Both the position numbers and the translations under genes were made by a program. Shown here piece by piece: positions 21,980 to 31,725 of a stretch of 64,000 nt of DNA; the first letter of the stretch is position 1, and each line of letters begins with the position of its first letter. Under the pieces are notes generated by a model that did no database searches, was not told where the DNA came from, and saw only the letters and a program-made list of their open reading frames with translations. Source of the DNA: Pseudomonadota bacterium (GTDB lineage: Bacteria; Pseudomonadota; Gammaproteobacteria; Burkholderiales; Methylophilaceae); the NCBI GenBank assembly GCA_020053735.1, contig JAGVMP010000015.1, forward strand, positions 12,708-76,707, in the 5' to 3' direction.

Positions 21980-22405
21980 ATGAAAGTTGATATGAAATAT
22001 CTCACCATATTAATTGCAGCAGCCACATTATTGACGGGTTGCGAGTACACCATTAGTGATGCTGCCACGCGCGTGCGTTATGCTTTTCAAAAAGCAGAAA
22101 TTACCAGCTTTTTTCTATCTGAAAATGACACCACCACCATCACCGTAGCGCCAGACCATTGGCCAGAAGGCTGTAAAAAAGGGGAAGGTTATCAGTTGAT
22201 ATTAATGCCTTACAAAGGCAATAAGCAAGTAGCCAGTGGCGACATTGTGGTTGATTGCTTTGGAGAAAATGGCTACCACACAGGCTTTGGCTCTAAGGAT
22301 ATTGTTATTGCGCAAGAAATGACTATAAAAAAGAAATCGGGCGAAAAAGTACAGATTACCTTGCGCAAATCACATTCTGCCCTAGAAATTATTGAATTGA
22401 AGTAA
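21980..22405 (+). CDS. Hypothetical lipoprotein (paralog 2)
   Basis: Lipobox LLTGC; 'DAATRVRY'; 3 bp after the previous gene. Confidence 0.7.
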   Translation: MKVDMKYLTILIAAATLLTGCEYTISDAATRVRYAFQKAEITSFFLSENDTTTITVAPDHWPEGCKKGEGYQLILMPYKGNKQVASGDIVVDCFGENGYHTGFGSKDIVIAQEMTIKKKSGEKVQITLRKSHSALEIIELK

Positions 22406-22423
22406 GTAAAAATGAAGAAATAT

Positions 22424-22462
22424 ATGCCCTGCGAGGCAATATCCATGAGCCTTACAGGGCAC
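22424..22462. repeat. Family A palindrome (short form)
   Basis: atgccctgcgaggcaatatccatgagccttacagggca. Confidence 0.85.
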
Positions 22463-22482
22463 ACTTTTTAAGCCAGTAGGTT

Positions 22483-22682
22483 GGGGAAGACCCTGCGATC
22501 TTATGAGTGCTGAAAGCGCGAGTTCCGCAGCCGACACTCAGATGCGGCGCTAAGACCGAAGGGAGCCAGTATTTGGCTTCCCCACTTTGCTAAGCCACTA
22601 AAGTGGCTAGCAAAGTGTGACGGCAGCGGGGTAGCCTTTTCTTTCCCCTATTTCTTTTGGCTAAGCAAAAGAAATAGGGTCG
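22483..22682 (+). repeat. Family D structured repeat
   Basis: gcgagttccgcagccg .. cctatttcttttg/caaaagaaatagg. Confidence 0.75.
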
Positions 22683-22715
22683 CTAACAAAACGAAAAAAT
22701 ACTTTACTAAAAACT

Positions 22716-22778
22716 AGATTGCTTTGCTTCACTCGCAATGACAAATCAAAATGGATTCCCGCTTTCGCGGGAATGACG
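22716..22778 (-). repeat. Family C tandem units
   Basis: gattgctttgcttcactcgcaatgac plus ggattcccgctttcgcgggaatgacg. Confidence 0.85.
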
Positions 22779-22788
22779 GTGCGGAAGT

Positions 22789-24477
22789 TTAAACCCCCAA
22801 CATCTCTTTGGCATGTTCACGCGTAGTGTCAGTAATTTGAATACCTCCCAACATGCGGGCAATTTCTTCCACCCGTTCGGTTTGGCTTAAGGGTTGAATA
22901 TGACTTAACGTTGCGCCATTGACTTGTGTTTTGCTGACTTGTAAATGCTGTGCAGCTTGCGCGGCGACTTGCGGTAAATGGGTAATCACTAACACTTGGC
23001 GTTCTGCACCGAGTTGTTTCAGCAGTTGCCCTACTACCTCGGCCACACCACCGCCTATGCCCACATCCACCTCATCAAAAATCATACAATCCACATTTTT
23101 ACGATTCGCGCTGCCTTGAGATGCCCCCTGGCCATCGCCAAGTGAATTCAAAGCTAAGGTAACGTGTAGCGCCAAACTGATTCTTGAGAGTTCGCCTCCA
23201 GAAGCCACTTTATTCAATGGGCGCGGCTCCACACCCGCATGCCCTGCCACTAAAAATTCTACGGTTTCTAAACCATTACTTGTCGCCTCACAAGCATTTA
23301 AGGCGACATCAAATCGTCCACCGCTTAATGAAAGGCGCTGCATTTCTGCACTGATTCTTTGGCTTAATGTTTTTGCCGCTTGCTGGCGGTTGCTGCTTAA
23401 TTGTTTAGCTGAAGCTTGATAAGTCGCATAGGCTTCTGCCTCTAGTTTAGCCAGCGCACCATCGTTTGCGAATGTTTCCAGCTGCGCCATCCGCGTTAAA
23501 TCTGCGCTTAGTAAATCAGGCAACTCTTCTGGCTTACTACGGTATTTTCGTGCTGTGTTGTGCACTGCTTGAATGCGATTCTCAACCTCGTTCAGTCGCG
23601 CTGGATCTAACTCTGCACGTTGTAAATAACGGTTTAAACTACGTGAGGCTTCTTCTAACTGGATGATGGCAGAATCCACCTCCTCTGCCGCTTCTTTCAA
23701 TTGCGCATCAAATTCTACTAAGCCAACAAGCTTAGCTTGCACTTGCGCCAACATACTAATGACTGCAGGTTCATTCTCGTCTAAAGCTGCAATACAAGCC
23801 TCTAAACCGCTTAGCAAGCTGGCGCCGTTGGCTAGTTTATGATGCTCGGCCTGCAAATCTTCCCATTCGCTAACCTCAAAATTGAGTTGTTTTAGCTCGC
23901 GCGTTTTATCGCGCAATTCTGCCAGTTCATCCGCATAAGCCGCTGCATTTTTTTCAACCTCTATGCGCTGACGATGTAAATCTACCCAAGTTTTATATTG
24001 CTTGGTGACTTGGCTTGCCAAATCAAGATGTTGTGCAAATTCATCTAAAATTTGGCGCTGTGTATTGATTTTAAGCAGCGAGTGATGCGCGTTTTGGCTA
24101 TAAATATCCACCAATAATTCGCCCAACGCGTTTAGCTGACCAATGGTGACTGCGACGCCGTTAATAAAACCGCGACTGCGGCCATCCGCATAAATAACAC
24201 GCCTGAGAACCAATATTGGTGCGGCCTCCAGGGCAGCTCCTTCAAGCCAAATAGAAGCACTTTCGTTATTTGAAAATGTAGCACTGATATCTGCGCGTTC
24301 CGCACCTGCGCGAATCACGGCACCATCGTTGCGCTCACCCAAGGCCAATGAAAGCGCATCAATCAAGATAGACTTGCCCGCGCCCGTTTCGCCAGTGAGC
24401 GTGGTAAAGCCGCCCGAAAATTCTAGGTCAAGCGTTTCGACAATAATAAAATCACGGATGGATAATGTTTGTAACAT
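22789..24477 (-). CDS. recN: DNA repair protein RecN
   Basis: Walker A 'TGETGAGKS', signature 'ASGGELSR', Walker B 'FDEVD', 'ITHLPQVAA'. Confidence 0.97.
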   Translation of the reverse strand: MLQTLSIRDFIIVETLDLEFSGGFTTLTGETGAGKSILIDALSLALGERNDGAVIRAGAERADISATFSNNESASIWLEGAALEAAPILVLRRVIYADGRSRGFINGVAVTIGQLNALGELLVDIYSQNAHHSLLKINTQRQILDEFAQHLDLASQVTKQYKTWVDLHRQRIEVEKNAAAYADELAELRDKTRELKQLNFEVSEWEDLQAEHHKLANGASLLSGLEACIAALDENEPAVISMLAQVQAKLVGLVEFDAQLKEAAEEVDSAIIQLEEASRSLNRYLQRAELDPARLNEVENRIQAVHNTARKYRSKPEELPDLLSADLTRMAQLETFANDGALAKLEAEAYATYQASAKQLSSNRQQAAKTLSQRISAEMQRLSLSGGRFDVALNACEATSNGLETVEFLVAGHAGVEPRPLNKVASGGELSRISLALHVTLALNSLGDGQGASQGSANRKNVDCMIFDEVDVGIGGGVAEVVGQLLKQLGAERQVLVITHLPQVAAQAAQHLQVSKTQVNGATLSHIQPLSQTERVEEIARMLGGIQITDTTREHAKEMLGV

Positions 24478-24501
24478 AACTAAACTTAAAATCTTTCAAT
24501 T

Positions 24502-24599
24502 CCGTCATTCCCGCGCAGGCGGGAATCCATTGTAAATGGTAACTTTTTCTGGATTCCGTGGTTCGCCATTAAAACCAATGGCTCCCGTCGGAATGACGG
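24502..24599. repeat. Family C inverted doublet
   Basis: ccgtcattcccgcgcaggcgggaatcc ... ggattccg..cggaatgacgg. Confidence 0.85.
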
Positions 24600-24684
24600 G
24601 GTGTAATGTTATTTGGTTGGTAAAATATATATGGTTTTGTAAGCGCATATAAACTTTATTTATTTTTGTTAAGAATCGAAAATG

Positions 24685-24745
24685 ACAAGGCAACAAGGCG
24701 AAGACAGTGCAAATGGTACGGCGAGCTCGCAGTCAACAAAGTCAG
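24685..24745 (+). repeat. Family B repeat (degenerate)
   Basis: aaggc..gaagacagtgc..gtacggcgag..aacaaagtc. Confidence 0.55.
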
Positions 24746-24766
24746 TTTTGAATGTTAGCAAAAATG

Positions 24767-25657
24767 TTAACCCCAGTTTAACTTGATACGTAACATCTCG
24801 AAGTAGCAATACTCACTTGGGTGCAGCAAGGTTACTTTTTGCGCGGCGCGGCGCACGACAATTTTATCGCCAGCTTCTAAATCTAGCTGAAATTGGCCAT
24901 CAAAACTCACATATGCAGAATCTATTTGCACCAAGCTTACTTCGATTTTGCTATCTGCACTGACCGTGATTGGCCGATTACTCAAGGTGTGTGGGCTAAT
25001 AGGCACCAGCGCAATGGCATCGACATTGGGGTGCAAAATAGGTCCGCCAGCAGACAAAGAATAGGCGGTGGTGCCAGTGGGTGTGCTGATAATCAAGCCA
25101 TCGCCACGTTGTTTGTGCACAAATTTTCCGTCTATTTCTACTTCTAACTCTATCAGACGCAAGCCGCTTTTTACCACCACATCATTCAACGCCAAACCTG
25201 AATAAACTTGCTTGCCTGCACGCTGCACACTGGCTTGCAGCAACATACGCGTTTCAGTGGTGTGCGCACCTGCTAATATTCGATCAATCACAATCAGCAT
25301 GTCTTCTGCGCGTAAATCGGTGAGAAAACCAAAGCGACCACGATTGATACCTACCAAGGGAATGTTGTCACCTATGAGGCTACGCGCCACGCTAAGCATA
25401 GTGCCATCGCCGCCCATCACAATCGCTAAATCTACTTTTTTTCCAATATCTTCTAGGCTGGCGGTATGAAAACCAGTAAGTTCAGCATGTTGCGCAGTGT
25501 TATGCTCTAGCCAAACATCAATATTTTTAGCGCGTAAATGACGTGCCAAATCAGCCAAATCAGTTTGCATTTGCTGCAAGGCAGCCGCATTCATGTATTT
25601 GCCAATGATGCCGATTGAAGCAAAGGCGGTCGAAGTAGTTTGCACAGTTGTTTGCAC
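24767..25657 (-). CDS. nadK: NAD kinase
   Basis: 'GGDGTML', 'GRFGFLT', 'LNDVV', 'TPTGTTAYSLSAGG'. Confidence 0.96.
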   Translation of the reverse strand: MQTTVQTTSTAFASIGIIGKYMNAAALQQMQTDLADLARHLRAKNIDVWLEHNTAQHAELTGFHTASLEDIGKKVDLAIVMGGDGTMLSVARSLIGDNIPLVGINRGRFGFLTDLRAEDMLIVIDRILAGAHTTETRMLLQASVQRAGKQVYSGLALNDVVVKSGLRLIELEVEIDGKFVHKQRGDGLIISTPTGTTAYSLSAGGPILHPNVDAIALVPISPHTLSNRPITVSADSKIEVSLVQIDSAYVSFDGQFQLDLEAGDKIVVRRAAQKVTLLHPSEYCYFEMLRIKLNWG

Positions 25658-25786
25658 GGTTGTTTTAATGCATGAATTAAATCACAGATGCGCTAACCTG
25701 AGAAGCAAATCCAGCTATTCTGTCTGCACTAATTCAGGCAAAATAGCGTCATACTTATTTCACGCATTAATGATATCGACGATTGC

Positions 25787-26800
25787 ATGGATAAACGCGC
25801 GCAAATCTTACTTAAAACCTTGGTAGAACATTACATTAGTGATGGTCAGCCCATTGGCTCGCGCACCCTCTTGCAGCACAGTGGCTTGGATGTAAGCCCT
25901 GCAACGATTCGGAATGTGATGAGCGATTTGGAGCACTTGGGCTTTATCGCCAGCCCGCACACATCAGCCGGACGCATCCCCACACAAAAAGGTTACCGCC
26001 TGTTTGTGGATACCTTGCTGACCGTGCAACCGCTAGAAACCAAAGCGGTAAACCAGTTAAGAAGCGGCTTAAGCTCACCCAACCAAAACGAGCTGATTAA
26101 CAGTGCAGCCGATATGCTGTCACAACTCACCCAGTTTGCTGGTTTGGTAATGATACCCAAGCGTAAAGCTTTAAGTTTCAAGCATTTAGAGTTTCTACCG
26201 CTGACCGAAAAAAGGATATTAGTCATCATCGTCACCAGTGACGGCAACGTGCAAAACCGCATCATTTTGAGTGAAAAGCCATACTCAGCCAGTGAACTCA
26301 CTCAGGCTAGCAACTATTTTAATGCCAATTTTTCTGGCCAAACCTTTGATGAGGTGCAGCAAAAACTGCATACCGAACTCAAACAAATGCAAACAGATAT
26401 GAACGTGTTGATGAACGCCGCCCTGCAGGCCAATATCCATGCGGGTGATGGCAATGGTGTTGTGATAGCGGGTGAACGTAACTTACTGAATATTGACGAA
26501 CTTTCTACCAATGTGAATAGCCTACGCAAATTGTTCGAGATTTTTGAGCGCAGAACCTCGTTGATGCAACTTTTGGACAACAGCCAGCACGCAGAAGGTA
26601 TCCAAATTTTTATCGGTGGCGAAAGTGGTTATCTTCCGTTAGATGAATGCAGCATGGTGACCGCGCCGTATGAGGCCGATGGTCAAGTCGTCGGCACACT
26701 AGGTGTAATAGGTCCGACTAGAATGGCCTATGAACGGGTGATACCGATTGTAGATGTCACAGCAAAATTACTATCAAACGCTCTGAGTTCAGGTGCTTAA
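25787..26800 (+). CDS. hrcA: Heat-inducible transcription repressor HrcA
   Basis: 'PIGSRTL', 'SPATIRNVMSDLE', 'PHTSAGRIPT', 'GVIGPTRMAY'. Confidence 0.97.
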   Translation: MDKRAQILLKTLVEHYISDGQPIGSRTLLQHSGLDVSPATIRNVMSDLEHLGFIASPHTSAGRIPTQKGYRLFVDTLLTVQPLETKAVNQLRSGLSSPNQNELINSAADMLSQLTQFAGLVMIPKRKALSFKHLEFLPLTEKRILVIIVTSDGNVQNRIILSEKPYSASELTQASNYFNANFSGQTFDEVQQKLHTELKQMQTDMNVLMNAALQANIHAGDGNGVVIAGERNLLNIDELSTNVNSLRKLFEIFERRTSLMQLLDNSQHAEGIQIFIGGESGYLPLDECSMVTAPYEADGQVVGTLGVIGPTRMAYERVIPIVDVTAKLLSNALSSGA

Positions 26801-26806
26801 GTGCTT

Positions 26807-26892
26807 ACGCCTTCACATCACGTCGTTACGCGGTACTCGTCCCCTCGACGTACTAGGTGTACAGTCTCGGGTTCTACGTTCCGTGCGCCTTG
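26807..26892 (-). repeat. Family B repeat
   Basis: Reverse complement aaggcgcacggaacg..gtac..gtac..gagg..gagtaccgcgtaacg. Confidence 0.8.
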
Positions 26893-26975
26893 TGCTGTTT
26901 TGCCTCAGCTGCTTAATCATACTGAATCAATATTTTCAAATGCATATTTTTAAAATTCATATTGCTAAGAAAGAC

Positions 26976-27055
26976 AAGGCGCGAGTTCAAAAATTGGACG
27001 CGCATATGTTTTATATGTAAGGATAATTTTTGGATGAGTAACGCAGTATTTCGAC
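26976..27055 (+). repeat. Family B variant
   Basis: aaggcgcgag..catat gtttt atatg taaggat..gagtaacgcagta. Confidence 0.6.
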
Positions 27056-27084
27056 GGAATATGAATTTTTAAAGGTATAGATTT

Positions 27085-28206
27085 ATGGCGTATTACAACC
27101 CAGAACCACCCTACACCCACGGCGACCAACTGAAAGTCGGCATTTTACTGGCTAATCTTGGTACGCCAGATGCGCCCACTGCAAAGGCTTTGCGGCCGTA
27201 TCTAAAACAGTTTTTAAGTGACACTAGAGTTGTAGAAATTCCGCGTGTCATTTGGTGGTTTATTTTAAACTGCATTATTTTGGTGATTCGCCCAAAAAAA
27301 TCAGCCGCAAAATATGCGCAAGTGTGGATGCCAGACGGCTCGCCTTTGATGGTGTACGCACAGCGTCAAACAAAAATGCTGCAAGGTTTTTTAGGCCAAA
27401 AAATCAACTCGCCGTTTGCGGTGGAATTAGGTATGAGCTACGGCAACCCCAGCATGAAATCTGCCATTGAAAAATTAAAAGCACAGCACTGTGACCGCAT
27501 TTTGGTGTTACCCGTGTTTCCACAGTACGCTGCCAGCAGCACGGCTGCCGCGCTGGATGCGGTATGGAAAGTGTTGCTGAAAATGCGCAATGTGCCAGGT
27601 ATACGCACCGTGCGCGGCTATCATGACCACCCCGCCTACATCACCGCACTAGAAAAAAGTGTACTCAAGCATTGGGAAATTAATGGTAGACCTGATTTTG
27701 CCACAGGCGAAAAATTGGTGATGAGCTTTCACGGGGTGCCAAAAGTGCATTTAACCAAAGGCGACCCTTACCACTGCACTTGCCAAAAAACTGCGCGTCT
27801 ACTGGCGGAAAGTTTAGGGTTAAGTAAAGGCCAGTACTTGGTGGCGTTTCAATCACGCTTTGGCAAACAGGAATGGCTGAAGCCTTATCTGGCAAGCACT
27901 TTAGAAACGTTAGGCAAGGCTAAAACAAAACGCATTGATGTGATTTGCCCAGGTTTTAGCAGTGATTGCTTGGAAACACTGGAAGAAATTGCCATGGAAG
28001 GTAAACATATCTTTCAAAGCAATGGCGGCGGCGATTACCAATATATTCCTGCGTTGAACGACAACGACGCATGGATACACGCACTTACTCAAATTGCACT
28101 AGAAAACTTGCACGGTTGGGTGAGTAGTGATTGGAATGCGCAAACAGCTAAAATTGAAAATGCGGCAACTAAAGCCAATGCGCAAGCTTTGGGCGCTAGC
28201 CAATAA
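27085..28206 (+). CDS. hemH: Ferrochelatase
   Basis: 'NLGTPDAP', 'SFHGVP', 'FQSRFG', 'WLKPY', 'SDCLETLEEI'. Confidence 0.97.
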   Translation: MAYYNPEPPYTHGDQLKVGILLANLGTPDAPTAKALRPYLKQFLSDTRVVEIPRVIWWFILNCIILVIRPKKSAAKYAQVWMPDGSPLMVYAQRQTKMLQGFLGQKINSPFAVELGMSYGNPSMKSAIEKLKAQHCDRILVLPVFPQYAASSTAAALDAVWKVLLKMRNVPGIRTVRGYHDHPAYITALEKSVLKHWEINGRPDFATGEKLVMSFHGVPKVHLTKGDPYHCTCQKTARLLAESLGLSKGQYLVAFQSRFGKQEWLKPYLASTLETLGKAKTKRIDVICPGFSSDCLETLEEIAMEGKHIFQSNGGGDYQYIPALNDNDAWIHALTQIALENLHGWVSSDWNAQTAKIENAATKANAQALGASQ

Positions 28207-28277
28207 GCGTTATAATGCATGGCAATATTGCTTTATTCATGAGGGCTTTTATCAATGCATTATTTGGGTTGCAGTAT

Positions 28278-28358
28278 AAGGCGCACGGAACGCAGAAGCC
28301 GAGATGTACGCAGTTGTACATCGAGGCTACGAGTACCGCGTAACGCAGTAATGCGCCC
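28278..28358 (+). repeat. Family B repeat
   Basis: aaggcgcacggaacgcagaagccgagatgtacgcagttgtacatcgaggctacgagtaccgcgtaacgcag. Confidence 0.85.
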
Positions 28359-28388
28359 AAAGAATATATTGAGAGAAGTGCCCGAATT

Positions 28389-29390
28389 ATGATTGTGATT
28401 ACTGGCGGAGCCGGCATGATAGGTAGCATCATCGCTTGGCACCTCAACACCAAACTTGGTCGCAATGACTTGGTGATTGTTGACCACATCACGCATGAAG
28501 CGCAATGGCAAAACCTGGTGCATCGGCAATATGCTGAATATTTAGACAAAGACCAGTTATTTGACTTTTTAGAAGGTAACGATGACGTCAACGCCGTCAT
28601 CCACATGGGAGCGATTAGCGCAACCACCGAGCGCGATTTTAATAGGCTGGTTGAAGCGAATATTCATTACAGCCAAGACTTATGGGCGTGGTGCACTGAA
28701 CATCAAGTGCCGTTTTTTTTCGCCAGCTCGGCCGCCACTTATGGTGACGGTAGCTTAGGCTATGACGATGCAAGCGTTGACAAGCTACGTCCACTTAATG
28801 GCTACGGCTATTCGAAACACTTTTTTGACCAATGGGCGTTAAAACAACTGCCTGAGAACTCTCCTCCAGCGTGGGCGGGCTTCAAGTTTTTTAATGTGTA
28901 TGGCCCTAACGAATACCATAAAGAGCGCATGGCCAGCGTGGCTTTTCACACCTTCAACCAATTTAGCCAAACTGGCGCGATGAAGTTATTTAAAGGCACT
29001 GACAATATAAAAGGCTCTGGAGTAGGCGTAAAAGATGGTGAACAGCAACGTGATTTTGTTTATGTTAAAGACGCTGCATCCATCGTGGCGTATTTTTTTA
29101 GCGCAGCCTTAACGAATAAGCCTGCACCGAGTGGCATTTACAATATTGGCACAGGCAAAGCACGCAGCTTTAAAGATTTGGCGACTAATGTCATGACAAG
29201 CATGGGCAAGACACCCAACATTGAATACATTGATATGCCCTTGGATTTGCAGGGAAAGTACCAATATTATACTCAAGCGCCAATGGCAAAAATTCGTGCG
29301 GCTGGTTATAAATCCCCTATGACCAGCTTAGAAGACGGCGTTAAAGATTATGTGCAGAATTACCTGATGCAAGATGACCCTTACTGTTAA
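28389..29390 (+). CDS. hldD: ADP-L-glycero-D-manno-heptose 6-epimerase
   Basis: 'TGGAGMIGS', 'HMGAISATT', 'YGYSK', 'FFNVYGPNEYHK', 'KYQYYTQA'. Confidence 0.93.
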   Translation: MIVITGGAGMIGSIIAWHLNTKLGRNDLVIVDHITHEAQWQNLVHRQYAEYLDKDQLFDFLEGNDDVNAVIHMGAISATTERDFNRLVEANIHYSQDLWAWCTEHQVPFFFASSAATYGDGSLGYDDASVDKLRPLNGYGYSKHFFDQWALKQLPENSPPAWAGFKFFNVYGPNEYHKERMASVAFHTFNQFSQTGAMKLFKGTDNIKGSGVGVKDGEQQRDFVYVKDAASIVAYFFSAALTNKPAPSGIYNIGTGKARSFKDLATNVMTSMGKTPNIEYIDMPLDLQGKYQYYTQAPMAKIRAAGYKSPMTSLEDGVKDYVQNYLMQDDPYC

Positions 29391-29430
29391 TGACATGCAT
29401 CATAAAATTCAGCTTCTTAAGATGCAGTAC

Positions 29431-29523
29431 AAGGCGTACAGCTTTTAAATTGAAGGTCTGCAGAAGCCGAAACAGTATGTTTTATACGGTGAGGTTGCGA
29501 GCACCGCGCAACGCTGTAATGCG
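29431..29523 (+). repeat. Family B repeat
   Basis: aaggcg..gcagaagccga..gtat gtttt atac..gaggttgcgagcaccgcgcaacgctg. Confidence 0.75.
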
Positions 29524-29531
29524 ATTAAGAA

Positions 29532-30107
29532 ATGGATTTTAAAATGAAATATATTGAATATTTAAAAGGCGAACACACTGCCCATATGGCTATGTATGAA
29601 AGTTTGCCAAGCTTATTTACGCAAATTTCAGACGTCGGTATTTTGCTGCAACAATGCATCAAAAACGGCGGAAAAATTTTGATTTGCGGTAACGGCGGCA
29701 GTGCAGCTGATAGCCAGCATATTGCGGCAGAGATTGTCGGCCGATTTAAAAAAGAACGTAAAGGGTTGCCTGCTATCGCGCTCACCACCGACACTTCCAT
29801 CCTCACCTCTGTTGGCAACGATTACGGTTACGATTACATTTTTGCGCGGCAAGTAGAGGCGCTATGCACACCTAAAGACTTGTTGATTGGTATCACCACT
29901 TCGGGTAACAGCGCCAACGTGGTACGCGCAATTGAAGCTGCCAATGAAATCGGCGCAACTACCATTGGCTTAACGGGCGGCAGCGGCGGAAAAATGAATG
30001 GATTATGCACACACAACATTATCGCGCCTAGTAATGTGACCGCACGCGTGCAAGAGGCACACATATTTATTGGGCATTGTCTTTGTGAAATTTTAGAATC
30101 TGACTAA
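29532..30107 (+). CDS. gmhA: Phosphoheptose isomerase
   Basis: '[12 protein letters not shown]', 'TTSGNS', 'RVQEAH'. Confidence 0.96.
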   Translation: MDFKMKYIEYLKGEHTAHMAMYESLPSLFTQISDVGILLQQCIKNGGKILICGNGGSAADSQHIAAEIVGRFKKERKGLPAIALTTDTSILTSVGNDYGYDYIFARQVEALCTPKDLLIGITTSGNSANVVRAIEAANEIGATTIGLTGGSGGKMNGLCTHNIIAPSNVTARVQEAHIFIGHCLCEILESD

Positions 30108-30136
30108 TGAATACCTCAAAAACCTACTACACAACT

Positions 30137-30216
30137 CATCTGCATCGTTACGCGGTGCTCGCAAGCTCCCTGTACAACCCCGTACTATCTCGCTTTCTGT
30201 GCTCCGTGCGCCTTGC
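30137..30216 (-). repeat. Family B repeat
   Basis: Reverse complement aaggcgcacggagcacag..gtac..gtac..gcgagcaccgcgtaacg. Confidence 0.8.
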
Positions 30217-30255
30217 ATATAGGCCGCTCGCAACGGTTTTATAAAGTATTCATTT

Positions 30256-31725
30256 ATGCCACAAACGCTAATTAATACCGTCAAACAATTTGGTAGCAAA
30301 ACTTTAGGCTCTGCCAAACAACACGCACTCGTCATTGGCGATGTGATGTTAGACCGCTATTTAATGGGTGAAGTTGGTCGCATTTCGCCTGAAGCACCGG
30401 TGCCTGTGGTGCTGATTAAAAGTGAAGAGGTACGCGCTGGTGGTGCATCCAATGTGGCTGCCAACTTGGCACTTTTAGGGATTAGTACACGCTTGGTGGG
30501 CTGTGTTGGGGTAGATGCCGAAGCAAATACTTTAAGCAATCTCATCAAGGCCAGCGGTGTTAAGGCCAATTTAATTGCCAGCAAAGTACGCCCCACCATC
30601 GCTAAAACGCGTATTTTAGGCGGCCATCAACAAATGTTGCGGCTAGATCAAGAAGACAGTGCAAGTTTTTCTGAGTTAGAAACCATCAGCTTATTACAAG
30701 TGCTTAAAGTAGAGCTGGCTGAAAAGCCGAGTGTGGTGGTCTTGTCCGATTACGCCAAAGGCTTGCTCAACGAAACGATTTGTCAGCAAATAATCAGCCA
30801 ATGCCAATCACACAAAATTCCTGTTTTAGTGGATCCAAAAGGTACAGACTACAGTAAATATAAAGGGGCAACCGCACTTACCCCCAATAAGAAAGAAGCT
30901 GCAGAGGCCTGCCATACCAACAGCCAAGACACGGACTTAATCAGCAAAGTCACAGCACTAAAAACCAAACTAGATTTGAGCTTTATGGCGGTCACCCGTG
31001 GTGAAGAAGGCATTAGCCTCATTGAAAAAGCTGCACACCACATACCTGCCACTGCACAAAAAGTGTTTGATGTTTCTGGTGCGGGCGACACGGTGATTGC
31101 AACGCTAGCTGCTGGGTTAATGCATGATTTAACACCAATACAAAGCTTGGAGTTGGCCAATATTGCCGCTGGCGTGGTGGTAGGCAAAGTAGGCACTGTG
31201 CCGATTACGCGCGCTGACTTACTAGAAGCGCTCACCGCCAAACAAGGGAATGAGCAAGCACATAAAATTTGCGATTTAGCTGAATTAAATTCAAAAGTGA
31301 ACGCTTGGAAGCAAGCCAAGCAAAAAATCGTGTTTACCAATGGCTGCTTTGATTTGCTGCATGCTGGCCATGTGACATATCTTGAAGCTGCAAAAAAACG
31401 CGGTGATAAATTGATACTTGGCTTAAATACTGATCGATCAGTCAGCGCGATAAAAGGCCCTAGCAGACCAGTGGTACATGAGAATGACCGCGCGCGCGTG
31501 CTGGCCGCGCTTGAAAGTGTGGATGCCGTGATTTTGTTTGACGAAGATACGCCGCTCAAATTGATTAAAGCACTCAAGCCAGACATCATCGCCAAAGGTA
31601 GCGATTACACTGCAAGCCAAGTGGTTGGTGGCAAAGAGGTGCAAAGCTGGGGTGGCGAAATTGCGCTAATTGAATTGGTAGAAGGCCGAAGCACCAGCAA
31701 TATTATTCGTAAACTGAATACGTAA
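30256..31725 (+). CDS. hldE: Bifunctional heptose-7-P kinase / heptose-1-P adenylyltransferase
   Basis: 'GRISPEAPVPV', 'DVSGAGDTV', 'NGCFDLLHAGH', 'STSNII'. Confidence 0.96.
   Translation: MPQTLINTVKQFGSKTLGSAKQHALVIGDVMLDRYLMGEVGRISPEAPVPVVLIKSEEVRAGGASNVAANLALLGISTRLVGCVGVDAEANTLSNLIKASGVKANLIASKVRPTIAKTRILGGHQQMLRLDQEDSASFSELETISLLQVLKVELAEKPSVVVLSDYAKGLLNETICQQIISQCQSHKIPVLVDPKGTDYSKYKGATALTPNKKEAAEACHTNSQDTDLISKVTALKTKLDLSFMAVTRGEEGISLIEKAAHHIPATAQKVFDVSGAGDTVIATLAAGLMHDLTPIQSLELANIAAGVVVGKVGTVPITRADLLEALTAKQGNEQAHKICDLAELNSKVNAWKQAKQKIVFTNGCFDLLHAGHVTYLEAAKKRGDKLILGLNTDRSVSAIKGPSRPVVHENDRARVLAALESVDAVILFDEDTPLKLIKALKPDIIAKGSDYTASQVVGGKEVQSWGGEIALIELVEGRSTSNIIRKLNT

Noticed and set aside
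25658-25786. CIRCE operator near hrcA, grpE or dnaK
   Set aside because: No TTAGCACTC-N9-GAGTGCTAA-like inverted repeat found in these upstream regions
28206-28265. AT-rich palindrome ataatgcat..atgcattat after hemH as a family A copy
   Set aside because: Only partial similarity (ggcaatatt, catgag); not enough to assign
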